Assembly (NCBI GenBank): GCA_010405405.1
Contig: MU004231.1
Coordinates: 1,681,784-1,745,783, forward strand
Source of the DNA: Microthyrium microscopicum
Taxonomy: Eukaryota
DNA: 64,000 bases
Direction of reading: 5' to 3'
This document shows, one piece after another, positions 1-12,372 of the stretch. The first letter of the stretch is position 1. The number at the start of each line of letters is the position of its first letter. The notes below the pieces were generated by a model that saw only the letters and a program-made list of their open reading frames with translations, did no database searches and was not told the origin of the DNA. Position numbers and translations under genes: made by a program.

Positions 1-203
1 TGTCCAGACATATACGGCCGAAGAGAATATCAGTTTCAACCTGCCATATGGATTATTTGTAATGCTTAGGTCCTACTTCGATGGACGATGTCGTTCATTA
101 ATACGTGTATGTACTGAAAATAAATTGCACGCTTGCTTATAAGACTAGATCTCTGCTTCACATCGCAATGATGCAAACTTTCTTCTCCATTTGTCCATTA
201 TCA

Positions 204-1827
204 TTACCCTTGCACTTCTTTCGCTAGATTCTTGCTGTCTGGATCTACCCGAACTTGCTCCACCTCCTCGCTGCTACTGGAATCGCTGAAACTAACGCGT
301 TGTTTCTGTTTGATCTCCCTATCGTGCAGATACTTTGTGAGGAACGCCGTCGCGATCAGCAAAGCCGAGATGAAGGAAATAGTAATGAATCCCTTCTGGT
401 ACTTCGGTGCGTCCACTTGTTGCCAGACGATAAGTGGCAGCCAGGCTTGAAGCACATAAGCCATCTCGTTCATGCTCCCCACAACAATGGCCCGTTCCTC
501 ATTGTCATTTGAGCAGATCTCATTGCCCCATCTAAAACACTATTAGCATCAATTCACATATAAACCAACTGGGTAACAACTTACGCCATAATCAACCCCG
601 AAAGCCCACCACCCATTCCCCCTAAAATATAGCATGCCCAATGCCAACCAGTCGGTATATCCCAATAAGCCAACGAAGCAGCCGTGACAATATTCCAAAC
701 CGCACCCCACACAATCGGCGGCCACCGCGCCCCTCTCAGCACACCATCCGACATCCACGCATAGATCAGCGTCGACACCACCTGCACCGCATTCGTCGTC
801 GTCGGATACGTATTAATCTGGCTCACACTATACTTTGGTTTTTTCGACGCCTTCAACCACTGCGCAAACACCGGTGCCGCGCCCTGTCCGCCATTGTTAA
901 ACGTCACATATAGTAATGTCAACACATAAATATGCCACGAGCTAAAGATTTTGCGGATTTTCGCCCATGTGTATGGTTCACGTCCTTTGCGGCCTTCCAG
1001 CTGGACGCGGCGCTGGGCGAAGGCGATTTCTGGTTTGGTGAGGTAGAAGGCGCGTGTGGTCTCGGGTACGTCGGGTAGTAGGATGAAGCCTAGGAGTGCG
1101 ACGGGTAGGGAGATTGTGCCGTCGACTATGAAGAGCCATTGCCAGCCTTTGAAACCGCCTATGCCGCCGAGGTGGTAGACGCCGGCCATGAGATAGCCGG
1201 AGAACATGGTGGCGAGGGCGCTGGAGGTGTGGAAGATGCATGCTCGTTTGGCGAGCTCGTCTTTTCTATACCAGGAACCTGTGGGAGTTGTTAGCATTTT
1301 GGAGGGCGTTAAGGGGGTTGGGGAGAGTTGCCTATGAGGTATTGCATGCCGGGGTAGAAGGTGCTTTCGGCGAGACCGACGAAGAAGCGGATGATGTATA
1401 TTGTCTTTGCAGAGTCGGCGCGGCATAAGCTGAATGTGAGGACGGCCCATATCACCTCCATGGCAGGAATCCATATGGATGGCCGGACGCGTGTGAGTAC
1501 CATATTGCTTGGTATTTGGCCGATGACATAGCCGACTGTCCAGGCAGTTTGCATGTAGTTGAGCTCGTTGCCATAGAGCCCAAGATCTTCTTTCATACCT
1601 GAGACGAAAGCATTGTTGATGTTGGCCTGGTCAAGGTACTTGATGAAGTAACCAAGCGACGCAAAGGTCAAAATAGCAGCGTCGAGCTTGAACAAGAACT
1701 TTCGCTCTTCTGGAGACTTATCAAAAGTATCCCAGATCAGACCTGTCCATTTTTTAGGAGTTTCCACGGGTACTATCTCTTCAGCATGGTGCTTGACAAC
1801 CTCCTCATCGGGAGCACTTTTTGCCAT
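204..1827 (-). CDS. MFS transporter, Dal5/Liz1 (allantoate/pantothenate/sulfonate, ACS) family; 3 exons
   Basis: Three ORF pieces join across GT-AG introns (~1279-1331, ~532-584). Motifs: KLDAAIL..YLDQANINNAFVSGMKEDL, GLAESTFYPG, WYRKDELAKR, GWQWLFIVDG. Multiple hydrophobic helices. Confidence 0.9.
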
Positions 1828-3080
1828 GGTGTCAGTGACGGGTTGGTATAAATGAGAAGAGGTGCCAGAGTGCCGGAAGGGCAGATGCAAGAGCAGCGTA
1901 TTTGACCATAAGCTTAACCGCTTTATACCAGAAAAGATCGCTGGAACCATTGTACTAATTGGTTTTCAAGTGTGGAGGATCCTGCTCAAGGACGTTTTAG
2001 TGTCCTTGCCAGGCCACGAGTCTTGACTACGAATATCCCACACATGCGTGCTACTTGCATCTATGGTGTTGATCGGCTTGCCGCTTGACAATAACAAGAT
2101 CTATCTCTGTATAGCCAGGATTAAAAGGAACCTGAATGATGCCTTCGTTTGTTGCGATGAGTCTGAAAAAAGCAGAAGCATAAGGCACAACCGTCAGGCC
2201 TAAATTTCTTCACGGAATCAAATCCTCTCCCAATACTTTCAAGAGTTCGTAATAAAAATATGCGAATCTCGGCGTGATTCAGTTCGCAATGCCGAAAGAT
2301 GGCGAAGTGATCATTGGAATAAGGCGTAAGTACAGCCTGACAGGCACGCAATTTGGAAGGATTATCACCAAATGCATGGAGTCAGAACACTGCCATTTCA
2401 CCACATCAACCTAGAATTCAGTGATCTGAAGCTAGCAGTAAAAGATAACACACTTGAGCAAGACTAAGTCAGTTGAAGCGAAAATCGTAATAACAGCTTT
2501 GTATGACTTTTGTGGGGGCATGCATACGGAATGTCCTTGCTTTTGTTGTAAGTTTATGATGGGAGTAATATTGAGGTCGACACAAGCTTTTGTCAAGTCT
2601 TAAATAAGCAATCTATGGCATTTTCTGTGATGTACCAATTAAGATGGTCGTAAGAGCATATAATCCTTATGTTCATTGGTCAATCCTATCAATTCGTGAC
2701 GACGAACTGTTTTGGTTTCTGAAGCTAAAAGCAAAGCTACAAATCCATGTATCTGTAGGCTGTAGCTAGAACGACAGGGATAAGGGAGTTGAATCGCATT
2801 CTAGACCAATCTAGGTATTGGATAAAAGTCGCAAAGTGCCTTTCGTGTTACAAATGTCCTTCTGGTATACTACGGCGGGAATGTAGGGAAGAATTACGGA
2901 AATAACTTCAACATAACTGCACCTTTGAGAACATGGTCGCTTACGAAAACTGAAACGTTGATTGCAATCGTTAAGGGATACTGGCGAGGCTGATACTACG
3001 AGTTTGGTGTTCTCAATTCTTCGACAAGATCAAGCCAACGTTAAGCTCGGGACATTCAGTTCGACGCTGAATTATCAATT

Positions 3081-4744
3081 ATGACCAAAGCGGTAGTGAT
3101 CGGTTCTGGCATTGCAGGTATGGAGTCTATGTATCATATGCCAGGTTGTCGTCTACTGTGCTAAAATACATTAGGTGTTGTTGCAGCAGCGCATCTCCTC
3201 AAGGAAGGTATTGAAGTGACCGTGTTTGAACGTTCTCATGCTGCCGGAGGAGTATGGTAAGTTACCATCAAACATCTGAGTTTCGAAACAAGCTTACTTC
3301 TAGAAGGCTTTTTGACGAGAGAGTCCCCCGAGAGCCAGACTATTCTGCTTCAAAGCCATCTCAGGGCGACAACTTTGTAACAAGCGCATACCTATCCGAC
3401 CAAAATCCGGGCAAGAATATTGATGACATCGACTTACTACATGCTCCACCAGGTCCTTGCTATTTCGGCTTATCGAACAATGTTGGAACAAGACTATTAG
3501 CGACAAAATTGGGACCTTTTCCGGAAGGGACGCCAGATTTCGTCAAACATCATGTTCTTTGCCAATACATTCAGGACACTTCCGAAAAATCAGGCGTCAA
3601 AGCTGTCACACATTTCAGGACTCGAGTTGAGGATGCAAAAAAAGTAGGCCAAACCTGGCACGTAAAGACTTCTACAATTCAAGACCCAAAAGCAGGTCAG
3701 CCATCTTTTGTTGAGGAAGATTGGGAGTTTGATACTGTCATTGTCGCTTCCGGGCACTATCACGCGCCTCAGCTTCCGAACCTACCAGGACTTAATGTTG
3801 CAAAGAATCTCTGGCCAAACAGGATATTTCATTCCAAGCAATATAGACGGCCAGAGGGCTTCAAAGACAAAGTAGGCTACGTCGTTAGTGGTTCGTTCCC
3901 GTACTACCACTAACTTTCCTAGACCGTGTTGCTTGTAGGTGCAGGAGTCTCTGCAAATGACATTGCAAAGGAGATCGGTCCATTTGCAAACAAAATCTAC
4001 CAAACACAGCGCCAGGGCAAGTTTGATTTATCTGCAAGAATGCTACCTGCAAATGCCACACGATTTGGCTCCATTTCGTCGATAAATGTTCCTAAAGGCT
4101 TGGACAAAGATGGACCAGATGTGTCCATATCATCGGAGGATGCATTGCCAGTGAAGATTCAACTAGAGTCAGGGGAAATCCTATGCAACATTGACTATAT
4201 CATTCTCTGCACTGGCTACCTCTTCGCGTTACCCTTCCTGAAGAACCTTCACAATGACGATCTTGCGCCACAAGATGCCGACGACGAGGTTCTAGTCACC
4301 GATGGTCGGCAAATTCACAACCTTCATAAAGATATATTTTACATGCCGGACCCGAGTCTCATCTTCATTGGTATACCTTTCTTTACAGCAACGTTTTCGC
4401 TTTTCGACTTTCAAGCAGTGGCGATTGCGGCGTTCGTAGCTGGAAAAGTTCCATTGCCATCTCAAGATGCGATGAGAGACGAATATCGAAAACGGCTTGA
4501 AGTGAAAGGATATGGAAAGCCCTTCCATTCCTTGAGGGATCAGGAGGAAGAATATGTGATTGAACTTCTGGGGTGGATCAATCCCAGTATCGTAGCTCTT
4601 GGTCAGAGTGCTGTGCAAGGCCATTCGCAAACATGGCTCGAGGGCAAGGCTGAACAACGCGAGAGGATAAAATTGCTCTTGGGTCTTGGAAGTGAAGATG
4701 AAGTGACAGTGGAATCGCCTCGAGTAGTACCCGTATGCAGCTAG
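3081..4744 (+). CDS. Flavin-containing monooxygenase (FMO-like); 4 exons
   Basis: FAD motif VIGSGIAG and ERSHAAGGVW, FMO signature VASGHY..HSKQYR, NADPH motif VGAGVSAND, ILCTGY. Introns 3118-3174, 3257-3306, 3872-3922. Confidence 0.9.
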
Positions 4745-5049
4745 ATAATTTAACTAGACCCTCATTTCGAGCCAAGAAATATTGATACGCAATTACATAA
4801 TTGCTTTGAACCACATCAATGGGAAATTCTCGTTCAGCTACTCACAAGTCAATAGCAGGGTGGTATTTGGTAGTTGTGGTCAGTGGTGGTGGAACACAAA
4901 TGGCATTCCTCAGTGATGAACTCTAGATCCAAACAAAGTCTGCGACTGGATATAAAATTGGTACTCTCTCTAGCATTTCGTTCAATCTATAGACATGAAA
5001 ACAGTCATTTCACATAAGATCGCCTGAACGATATATTTCTTCGGCGGTG

Positions 5050-7634
5050 ATGTATCTTTCCACACTCGTTGCAGCTTTGGTATCGCTCTTCTTCATATCT
5101 TCAGTATCAGCAGCGGCGTGTCCCGTAAATCAGCCTCCCTCTGACCCCGGAAACATCAAAGATTTGTTTTTGAGAAAAATCCTCGACCAATCCATCGAAT
5201 ATGGGAACTTTTCTCACGCACCTAGTCCAGGTCCGCTCAAGGTTGGAATCGTAGGAGCTGGTGTAGCAGGACTATACGCTGGAATACTCCTCGACTCTTT
5301 GAATATCGACTACGACATATTAGAGGCATCTGAGAGGATTGGTGGTCGCATCTTTACGTATAGGTTCGATGAGGCTGCTTGGGATGCGTCAAAGCCTGGT
5401 GAACCAAACTATTATGACTACTATGTATGTTACAAAAAATGCCTTGGAGGTCTCGATACTAAAGGGCTACAGGATGTAGGAGCAATGCGATTTCCAGGAA
5501 TGCCTTGGATGGATCGTGTTATCGGTTCACAGAACACTTCAATCATATCCTATGTCAACTCGAAGATAAAGTCAACGGACCGGATCCAACAGATTCCATA
5601 CATTTTTACTGCAAACAACACATATCGGCTATTCAATGATCAGCTCGTGTATAATCAAGTAAATCCTTCTGCCGCGACGTTCAAAGTCCTCACTTCGGAC
5701 GGTGGTCCAATTCCTAACAATGATCGCATTGCTACACTAAATACAGAGACAGCTCTCACCCAACCACTTCAGTCACTGATTGACGTCTTCACCAAATACG
5801 GATTTGACGCTGGATTCAATAACCTCATGCAGTACGACAACATTAGTCTACGAGAATATCTCCTTCAAAATGGCTATTCCAGTCGAGACGTTGACTGGAT
5901 GGAGACAATCGACGATGCCACCACTCATTTCGATGCGTACTCCCTCTCGCAAGCAGTCTTGGAACAGTGGATTTTCAACAGCGCACCGCTAGATTCCTGG
6001 ACTGCGATTGAAGGCGGCATGGATCGTATCACATATGGCATGACACAAATTCTGAAAAATAAACCACTACTCAATAAATGGCTGTTGCTAGCGAGCGCCA
6101 GCATTTTTGCTACACGGCGCCAGCATTTTTGCTACTCGGCGCCAAAATAATATGGCGCTCTAGGCTATGCCTAAATAGGAAATAAATATAGAAATCTTAG
6201 TGTTAGTCTACTAGTCAAAAAGCAGATTTAAAAGAAGTATAAAATATTAAAGCTTCTTATTTACTATAGATAAAGCCTACGGGACTAGTTTAGTAGATTA
6301 ATTCCTACGATAGTAATTTTACGCCTAAAATACATATCTAAAGAGATCTATCTCTTTCGTATCTTATTATCGTTTTTATGCCCTCCTATAACCATTCCTT
6401 ATCCTATCTCGACCCTATTTTTAGTATATCTTAACCCTGTTTTTAGTATATTTATATTCTTCAACCTGCGTGTTTAAAGGGAGGTTGTTTCTACGACTTC
6501 TTTACGTTTTTAAGCTCTAATTATACTCTATTCTTAGAATCCGTTTTATAATAAGTAGAATATAGTTATTATGGGTTAAAAATATAGTAGAGGTGAAGCT
6601 TAAGTAATCAACGCTAAGGAGTTAACTCTATAAAGATTTAGCTACTTTGGGCTAAATAATAGAGCTAAAGTAATACGTCTTACCTATTTAAGTCTAGAGC
6701 CCTGCAGTATTACCGATTTAGTATAGCTCTGGCGCCGAGTAGCAAATATTCTGGCGCCGAATAGCAAAAATGCTGGCGCTCGCTAGCAACAGCCTCAATA
6801 AATCCGTGTCAAGCTTAGTTGGGCAATCAGACGGTCAAATCAAAACAATCACACGTACCGGCGAAGAACGTACATATGCACACATCATAAACACAGTTCC
6901 ACTCGGTGTAATGCAAAACATGGACATGTCAACATTGAACCTGGACTACAACAAGACATTTGCAATCCGTAAGCTACAATACGATCCAGCAGGTAAAATT
7001 GGCATGTCATTCAAAACACGCTGGTGGGAGAACGATTTCAAAGGTGGTCAGTCCTATTCCGATCTTTCAATTCGACGATGTGTCTATCCGTCATATGGCG
7101 TCAATACAACCAACGCAGCAGGCGCAATGATTGCATCCTACACGTGGGGACAGGACTCATCGCGACTTGGATCGTTCTATAATTCAGATGATGCGCGAGA
7201 TTACATTACAAATGTCACACTTCGCCAACTTGCAGCTATGAACAACGTGACTGTCGAATTTCTACATGCCCAACTCGTGGATACACATCTATGGGATTGG
7301 TATGCACATGAATACGCTGTTGGAGCGTTTGCGATGTTTGGTCCAGCAGAGTTCAGCACGGTCATGCCTAGCCTTATGAAGCCTGCGTTTGAAGGAAAGA
7401 TGCATTTTGCTGGAGAAGCTTTATCCAGCGGCCACGCTTGGATCATTGGTGCAGTCAATTCGGCATATCGAACTGTTATGGAGATATTGGCTGTCGAGAA
7501 GAGAGATGATTTGATCAAGTTGATGGGTAAGTATACCGTCCCTTCGTGATTTGCTAGCATATTGACTACAAACTTTAGTACAAACTTGGGGCATCATTGA
7601 TGAGGTAGATATGGGATGGTATGTGACGAAGTAG
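5050..7634 (+). pseudogene. Secreted flavin amine oxidase / L-amino-acid oxidase, interrupted by a DNA transposon (exons otherwise intact)
   Basis: N-terminal signal peptide; VGIVGAGVAGL..LEASERIGGRI, DVGAMRFP, IEGGMD, HFAGEALS..HAWIIGA motifs. Introns 5425-5472 and ~7527-7578. Removing 6080-6803 rejoins KPLLNK-SVSSLVGQ in frame. Confidence 0.85.
6080..6794. mobile_element. Non-autonomous Mutator-like (MULE/MITE) element, 715 bp, RIP-mutated interior
   Basis: TIRs GGCTGTTGCTAGCGAGCGCCAGCATTTTTGCTA... / ...TAGCAAAAATGCTGGCGCTCGCTAGCAACAGCC with internal ~22-bp subrepeats. Perfect 9-bp direct repeat TCAATAAAT at 6071-6079 and 6795-6803. Interior is AT-rich, TpA-rich and CpA-poor. Confidence 0.93.
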
Positions 7635-7981
7635 TAAACAGTAATCACCCCTTCCGAGTATTTCTTCGAAAAGTTGGCGTTTGGGCGATTTTGTTATTTC
7701 CGTCTCCGCTATAGGAGATCTATGTGTATTACAAAGAACAGGAATGGCAGAAATATTCGCCAGAATGGCGTATTCATCAGTCCGCCTTTAAATCGCTAGT
7801 ATCAGAGTGAACAAATCAATGAGGAAATCCCTACATGTCTAGGAGTAACCAGAACAATGGGACCCCCAAGCTTCGGATACTATGCCGAAGAGTACCTTAG
7901 CTTGCTTCAATGAAGGTTGTCTCTAGATATCAATCATAGTTTCAACTGGTCGAAGCTAAGTTTGCGTAAAAGAGGCACTGG

Positions 7982-7991
7982 ATGGTGCCAT
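7982..7991. promoter_or_regulatory. Candidate CYS3/MetR (sulfur-starvation bZIP) binding site
   Basis: ATGGTGCCAT matches the ATGRYRYCAT consensus, ~195 bp upstream of the TauD ATG. Confidence 0.5.
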
Positions 7992-8186
7992 GAGAAACCC
8001 CTCTCGCGAAACAGGGATGCCAACAGATGATCACAAAGCGATTTGGGGCAATGTTATAACTTCAGAAGTATGGAGAAAGCGTACATATAAATCTTAGAAG
8101 TTCGAGCAATTGCATGGCTAAGAAATAAGTTGGACAAGTTTATAGACAGTTTCAATAACTTCCAGTCATCACTTTCGATCCTAAAA

Positions 8187-9434
8187 ATGGCACCCGCCGC
8201 AATTGAGCCAATTGATTCAAGAATCAAGGATGTTATCGTTCCAGTGAAGAACAACAAAGTTCCCATTCCTGAAACCGCAAGAGCTCGCTTGGAGAAAGCA
8301 GGTATTGACTTGTCGGGTGGCTATCCATACCGTCCAGCTGCACCACTTTATCTCGATGATGCCTATAACGTCCGCAACGACGAGCGCGAGTATAAAGACG
8401 TTGGAGCTCGAGCAGACAAATCCAAGAGTGCTCTCTTCTCTGCCGCGAAGGAAGTGAAGCATCTCACCTCCCATATTGGAACCGAGATCGTTGGTCTTCA
8501 ACTAAAAGATCTGACCGACCAACAAAAGGACGAGCTGGCCCTATTGATTGCAGAAAGAAGTGTCGTTTTCTTTCGAGACCAAGATATCTCTCCTCAGCAA
8601 CAGAAAGCACTTGGTGAATACTATGGCGAGATCGAGATCCATGTTAGTACACTTCTGACCCTCATAGTGTGATTCAAGCTAACCATGGCCAAAGCCGCAA
8701 GTCCCTCAAGTCCCAGGGGTCGCCGGTGTCACAGTCATCTGGCCCGCTCTACAAGCAACTGAAAAAAAAGCCGACTTCCGCAATCCCGGCGGCGCTTCTC
8801 GATGGCACACCGATCTTGTCCATGAGAAGCAGCCCGCAGGTATCACTCACCTCCACAACGACACCATCCCAAGTATCGGCGGAGACACACTCTGGGCCTC
8901 CGGCTACTCAGCTTATGAGAAGCTTTCGCCAGAGTTCCGCAAGATCATTGATGGCAAGAAGGCAATCTATCGATCCGCTCATACCTACTTGGACCGAAAC
9001 GACCCAACTGCTGGACCAAAATTCATCGAAAGAGAGCATACGCTTGTGCGAGTTCATCCAGCAACTGGCTGGAAAGCTCTGTGGGTGAACCGAGCCATGA
9101 CAGTCCGTATTGTTGGTCTTGATAAGGCTGAGAGCGACCTCATCCTCAACTATTTGTATGATGTATATGAGAGAAATGTTGATATTCAAGTCCGTTTCAA
9201 ATGGACCCCTCGAACAAGTGCGCTTTGGGATAACAGGTAAATCCCTCTGTCTTCGATTTGGCCTAATTGTCTAATGTCAATAGAATTACGATACACAACG
9301 CGAGCTGGGATTATGAAGGAAAGGAGCCGCGTCATGGTACTCGGGTTACTTCATTGGCAGAGAAGCCTTTCTTTGATCCAGCTGCACCAACACGGCGTCA
9401 AGCCTTGGGAACAGCAGGAGTGGATGATATTTAG
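8187..9434 (+). CDS. Fe(II)/2-oxoglutarate-dependent sulfonate dioxygenase (TauD/Jlp1 family), 382 aa; 3 exons
   Basis: IGTEIVGLQL, ERSVVFFRDQ, WHTD (HxD), GGDTLWA, HTLVRVHP, WDNRITIH..R motifs. Exons 8187-8642, 8695-9236, 9284-9434. Confidence 0.93.
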
Positions 9435-9720
9435 CCTACAAAAGGGTTAAAGTAGAGGAGACCCGCGTGGAAGTTGGGGTTGTGGAATGTCTTCCTACAA
9501 AGTCAGAACCAGAATGGGCGGTTAGACATAGGTCGTCCTCGGTTTTTAGATATAAGTTGCAGTAAATAACTTTGTCGAAGCTCGATATGCAACCCTTGGC
9601 AACCATTTGTCGGTGAGTGTCGATCGCTCGTCTTCGCCGCCCATTTGCCTTGCTTTGCCTTCCTTTTGACTTCTCCTTCAAAGGCAGCAACGGCGATAAG
9701 CCTTTTCAAATGCGTATCGA

Positions 9721-10422
9721 ATGAATAAGATGGAAGAATCCCTTCGATCCATTCTCTGTAATGGCGGCCACAAACGCTACCTAGGTCAGTGGAAGCACGG
9801 CGATGATGGCATTTTTTGCTTCAAGTCGGATAATACTGGCTTGGTCTGTATTTCCATATCATAAACTAAGCCAATTGCTGATCTTCTCAAGATCATCGCG
9901 CGTGGAGAATGTTACTGGGCCATGCTTGCAGATTTTGATTGGAAAATAACAACCATATCACCTTCGAGTCAAGATCAAAATCAAACATCCGAGGATTCTG
10001 GAAGTCCTCGTCTCATTAGCGAATTCAACATGGAGATCCAAATTACAAAACACTTGGACCCGAAGGAGCCAAAGAGTGAAAAGAAAATGGATCAGATATT
10101 TTTGACAGACGATGCTCTCCAGCCAAGATCATTTAATGTCAGACTTGAAGAAGGCCGTTTTCCGAGCCGTCCACAATCGCTTAATCCCGACTACTTCGCC
10201 AGCGAGGAGACACCGTATACAAAACGCCTGGTATTTGACATCTCGCCTTTTCCGCCAGAGTCCGCATGGACAGAGCTCTTTATGGACTCTTGGAGGGAAT
10301 GCGAGGGAGAGAACTGGTGGGATAACAAAATATTCGTCAATTATGATCCAAGGCATGGCGAGCCTGAGATGCCTGCAAAGATCGAGTGTGATCCGTCCGG
10401 AGTTCCAGATCCAAGAGGGTAA
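9721..10422 (+). CDS. Hypothetical fungal protein (probable short first exon plus a 166-codon ORF)
   Basis: ORF 9922-10422 is preceded by an intron-like acceptor (GCTGAT..CAAG ~9891). Start is uncertain. Confidence 0.45.
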
Positions 10423-10560
10423 GCTAGGCAGCTTTGTGTCTGTAGAGCCTGATCGTTATATTTGAGGCCACGGTGTGATTTATCTGAAAGGGTTATACAG
10501 TCTTGTACATTCGCACCAACATACCTATCTACCAATCATACAACGCTTGAAACTGGATCG

Positions 10561-12372
10561 TTACGCAAATGCTAATGTACAATCATCTCTGAAGGTGCCC
10601 ATGACACCCAAACGCGCACTGCTGTCAACTACACTGGGACCAGTGACTACGATCTGCACACAGTCAGTATGAAATTTCATTAGTGGATCTTTGTCTCTTA
10701 CCTCTCCAGCTATACTATCATTGGTGGTTTTGTGAGAGCCACTGTCCACCAACTTGACTTCCAAACTGCTTACTGGTGGACCAAAATGGCTCCTCGTTGA
10801 TGTGGAATCGTCTACTCTGTAGTCAAACATATTTGTCTGAGCTACAGCGCCAGCCACAGGCGCAGCAGTGAGAGCATAGACAACACGAGCACCAGTGAAA
10901 ATTCGAATGTCATTGAGCTCACGCGCGCTTATTGGTGGACTAGTTGATCCAGCTTCTTCAGAAATGAGCAGTAGACGAAGTGTGCCAGGAGTTGAACCAA
11001 TACTTGCTTTCGTTGCTCCAGAGATATTGCTGAGGAAACTTGCTGCAGGCATCGTACCAGCTGAAAGAGATGAGACTTGCGAGGAGTGAGATAGTTTGGC
11101 TAGACCGGATTGAACAGTTGAGGAGGCGGCCGCGTGAAGCTTGGCTATCGACTCTGAAGACGAGACTACCACGGTCGGTGCGATGTTCTTTGCTGCGAAT
11201 GTCAGGTCAACCTCTGGGCCCGCAACAGAGCTGATGGCAAGACTTGCGCCAGACCACATGGCAGCAAAAGTTTGGCAAAGAGTATATGTGTTTGTCCAGG
11301 CATCGGCAGCGAAGAAAAGATCGGAACCATTGATACGCTCGCGACTCGGAAGCGCAGCGATGAGTGCAGCAATCGCAGCTGCAAAATTTCGGTGGGTAAA
11401 CTCAACAACTGAGCCTGGCTTGAGCGGTTCAGGTTGCCAGATGGTTACGATGGAACCAAGATCTTTGGTCTCTAGGCCAGGGTCGCTTGGCGCATCTCCT
11501 TGATGATCTTGAACTAACTCGTGCCATACTGCTACATCGATACTGCCGCCCAATCCGCTTGGGACGTCTGTCCAGTCCATATGACGGCTGGTCTTCTCCA
11601 CGACCCAGACAACAGCTTTCAAAGCAGGATATTCCTTAGCGAGGGACTCGAGAGGAAGCGAGCCCGCTGCTGCAATTAGCGCATCGGCTTTCGTTTGCTT
11701 TAGAAACTCAATAACTAGTGGTTGGGGTTGGTTGAACGGGATGAGGATCACGGATAGTCCATAGAATGAGCAAGCTGGACAACGTTAGCATTACAGATTG
11801 AGCACCGGAGCCTTTATTGCTGTACCAAAAATACTGCTCAAGAACTCGATAGAATTCGGCAGATAGACTGCAACTCTCTTCCTGCCTTGGTGCGTAAGAT
11901 GATTTCCAAGAACCATGACTTCCTTGTCAGTCTCCTGAATATTGTGGTCCACCAGCTGCTCGCGACCAAGCACTGTTGTGATCTTGCCCGGCTTGAACTC
12001 GGCTTGTGTAGTCGCCCTTGATTTAGGTGGCTGTATTTTTCCTGTTGCAGCCATCCAAATATATCGAAGATCTCCATCACGACCGGCACTGTACGGTTTG
12101 TCCGTTGGGAGGCGAACAGCTAAACCGGTGCGCAGGCTCGTACCATGTGGCGCATCCATCGAGCGGTAGACGGCGGATTCGCCTGGATTTCGCACTCGGT
12201 CTGCATAGGATTGACGGGATAAGATCATGGGGTGGATGTCTGGTTCAGTGGCGGTAAGGAAGGAGTGGGCAACAAAGCCTGTGATGGTGAGCGTGAGGAT
12301 GATGGTGTAGATATCCCATTGCGAAAATAGGGACGCCAGAGCGTCGTCGGCCTGTTCAAAGATATTTGCCAT
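10561..12372 (-). CDS. AMP-binding/acyl-CoA-synthetase-like conserved fungal protein with N-terminal TM helix; 3 exons
   Basis: ORFs 11791-12372 and 10561-11751. EPDIHPMILSRQS..VRNPGESAVYRS, VAVYLPNSIE, FGPPVSSLEVKL motifs. Introns ~11775-11824 and ~10655-10702. Confidence 0.8.

Noticed and set aside
5425..5472. Peptide VCYKKCLGGLDTKGLQ in the oxidase ORF
   Set aside because: This is a 48-nt stop-free in-frame intron (GTATGT..CAG) that interrupts the conserved YDVGAMRFP motif.
6095..6780. ~22-bp repeats with a CRISPR-like look at the element ends
   Set aside because: They are tandem subrepeats within TIRs with no unique spacers, in a eukaryotic context.
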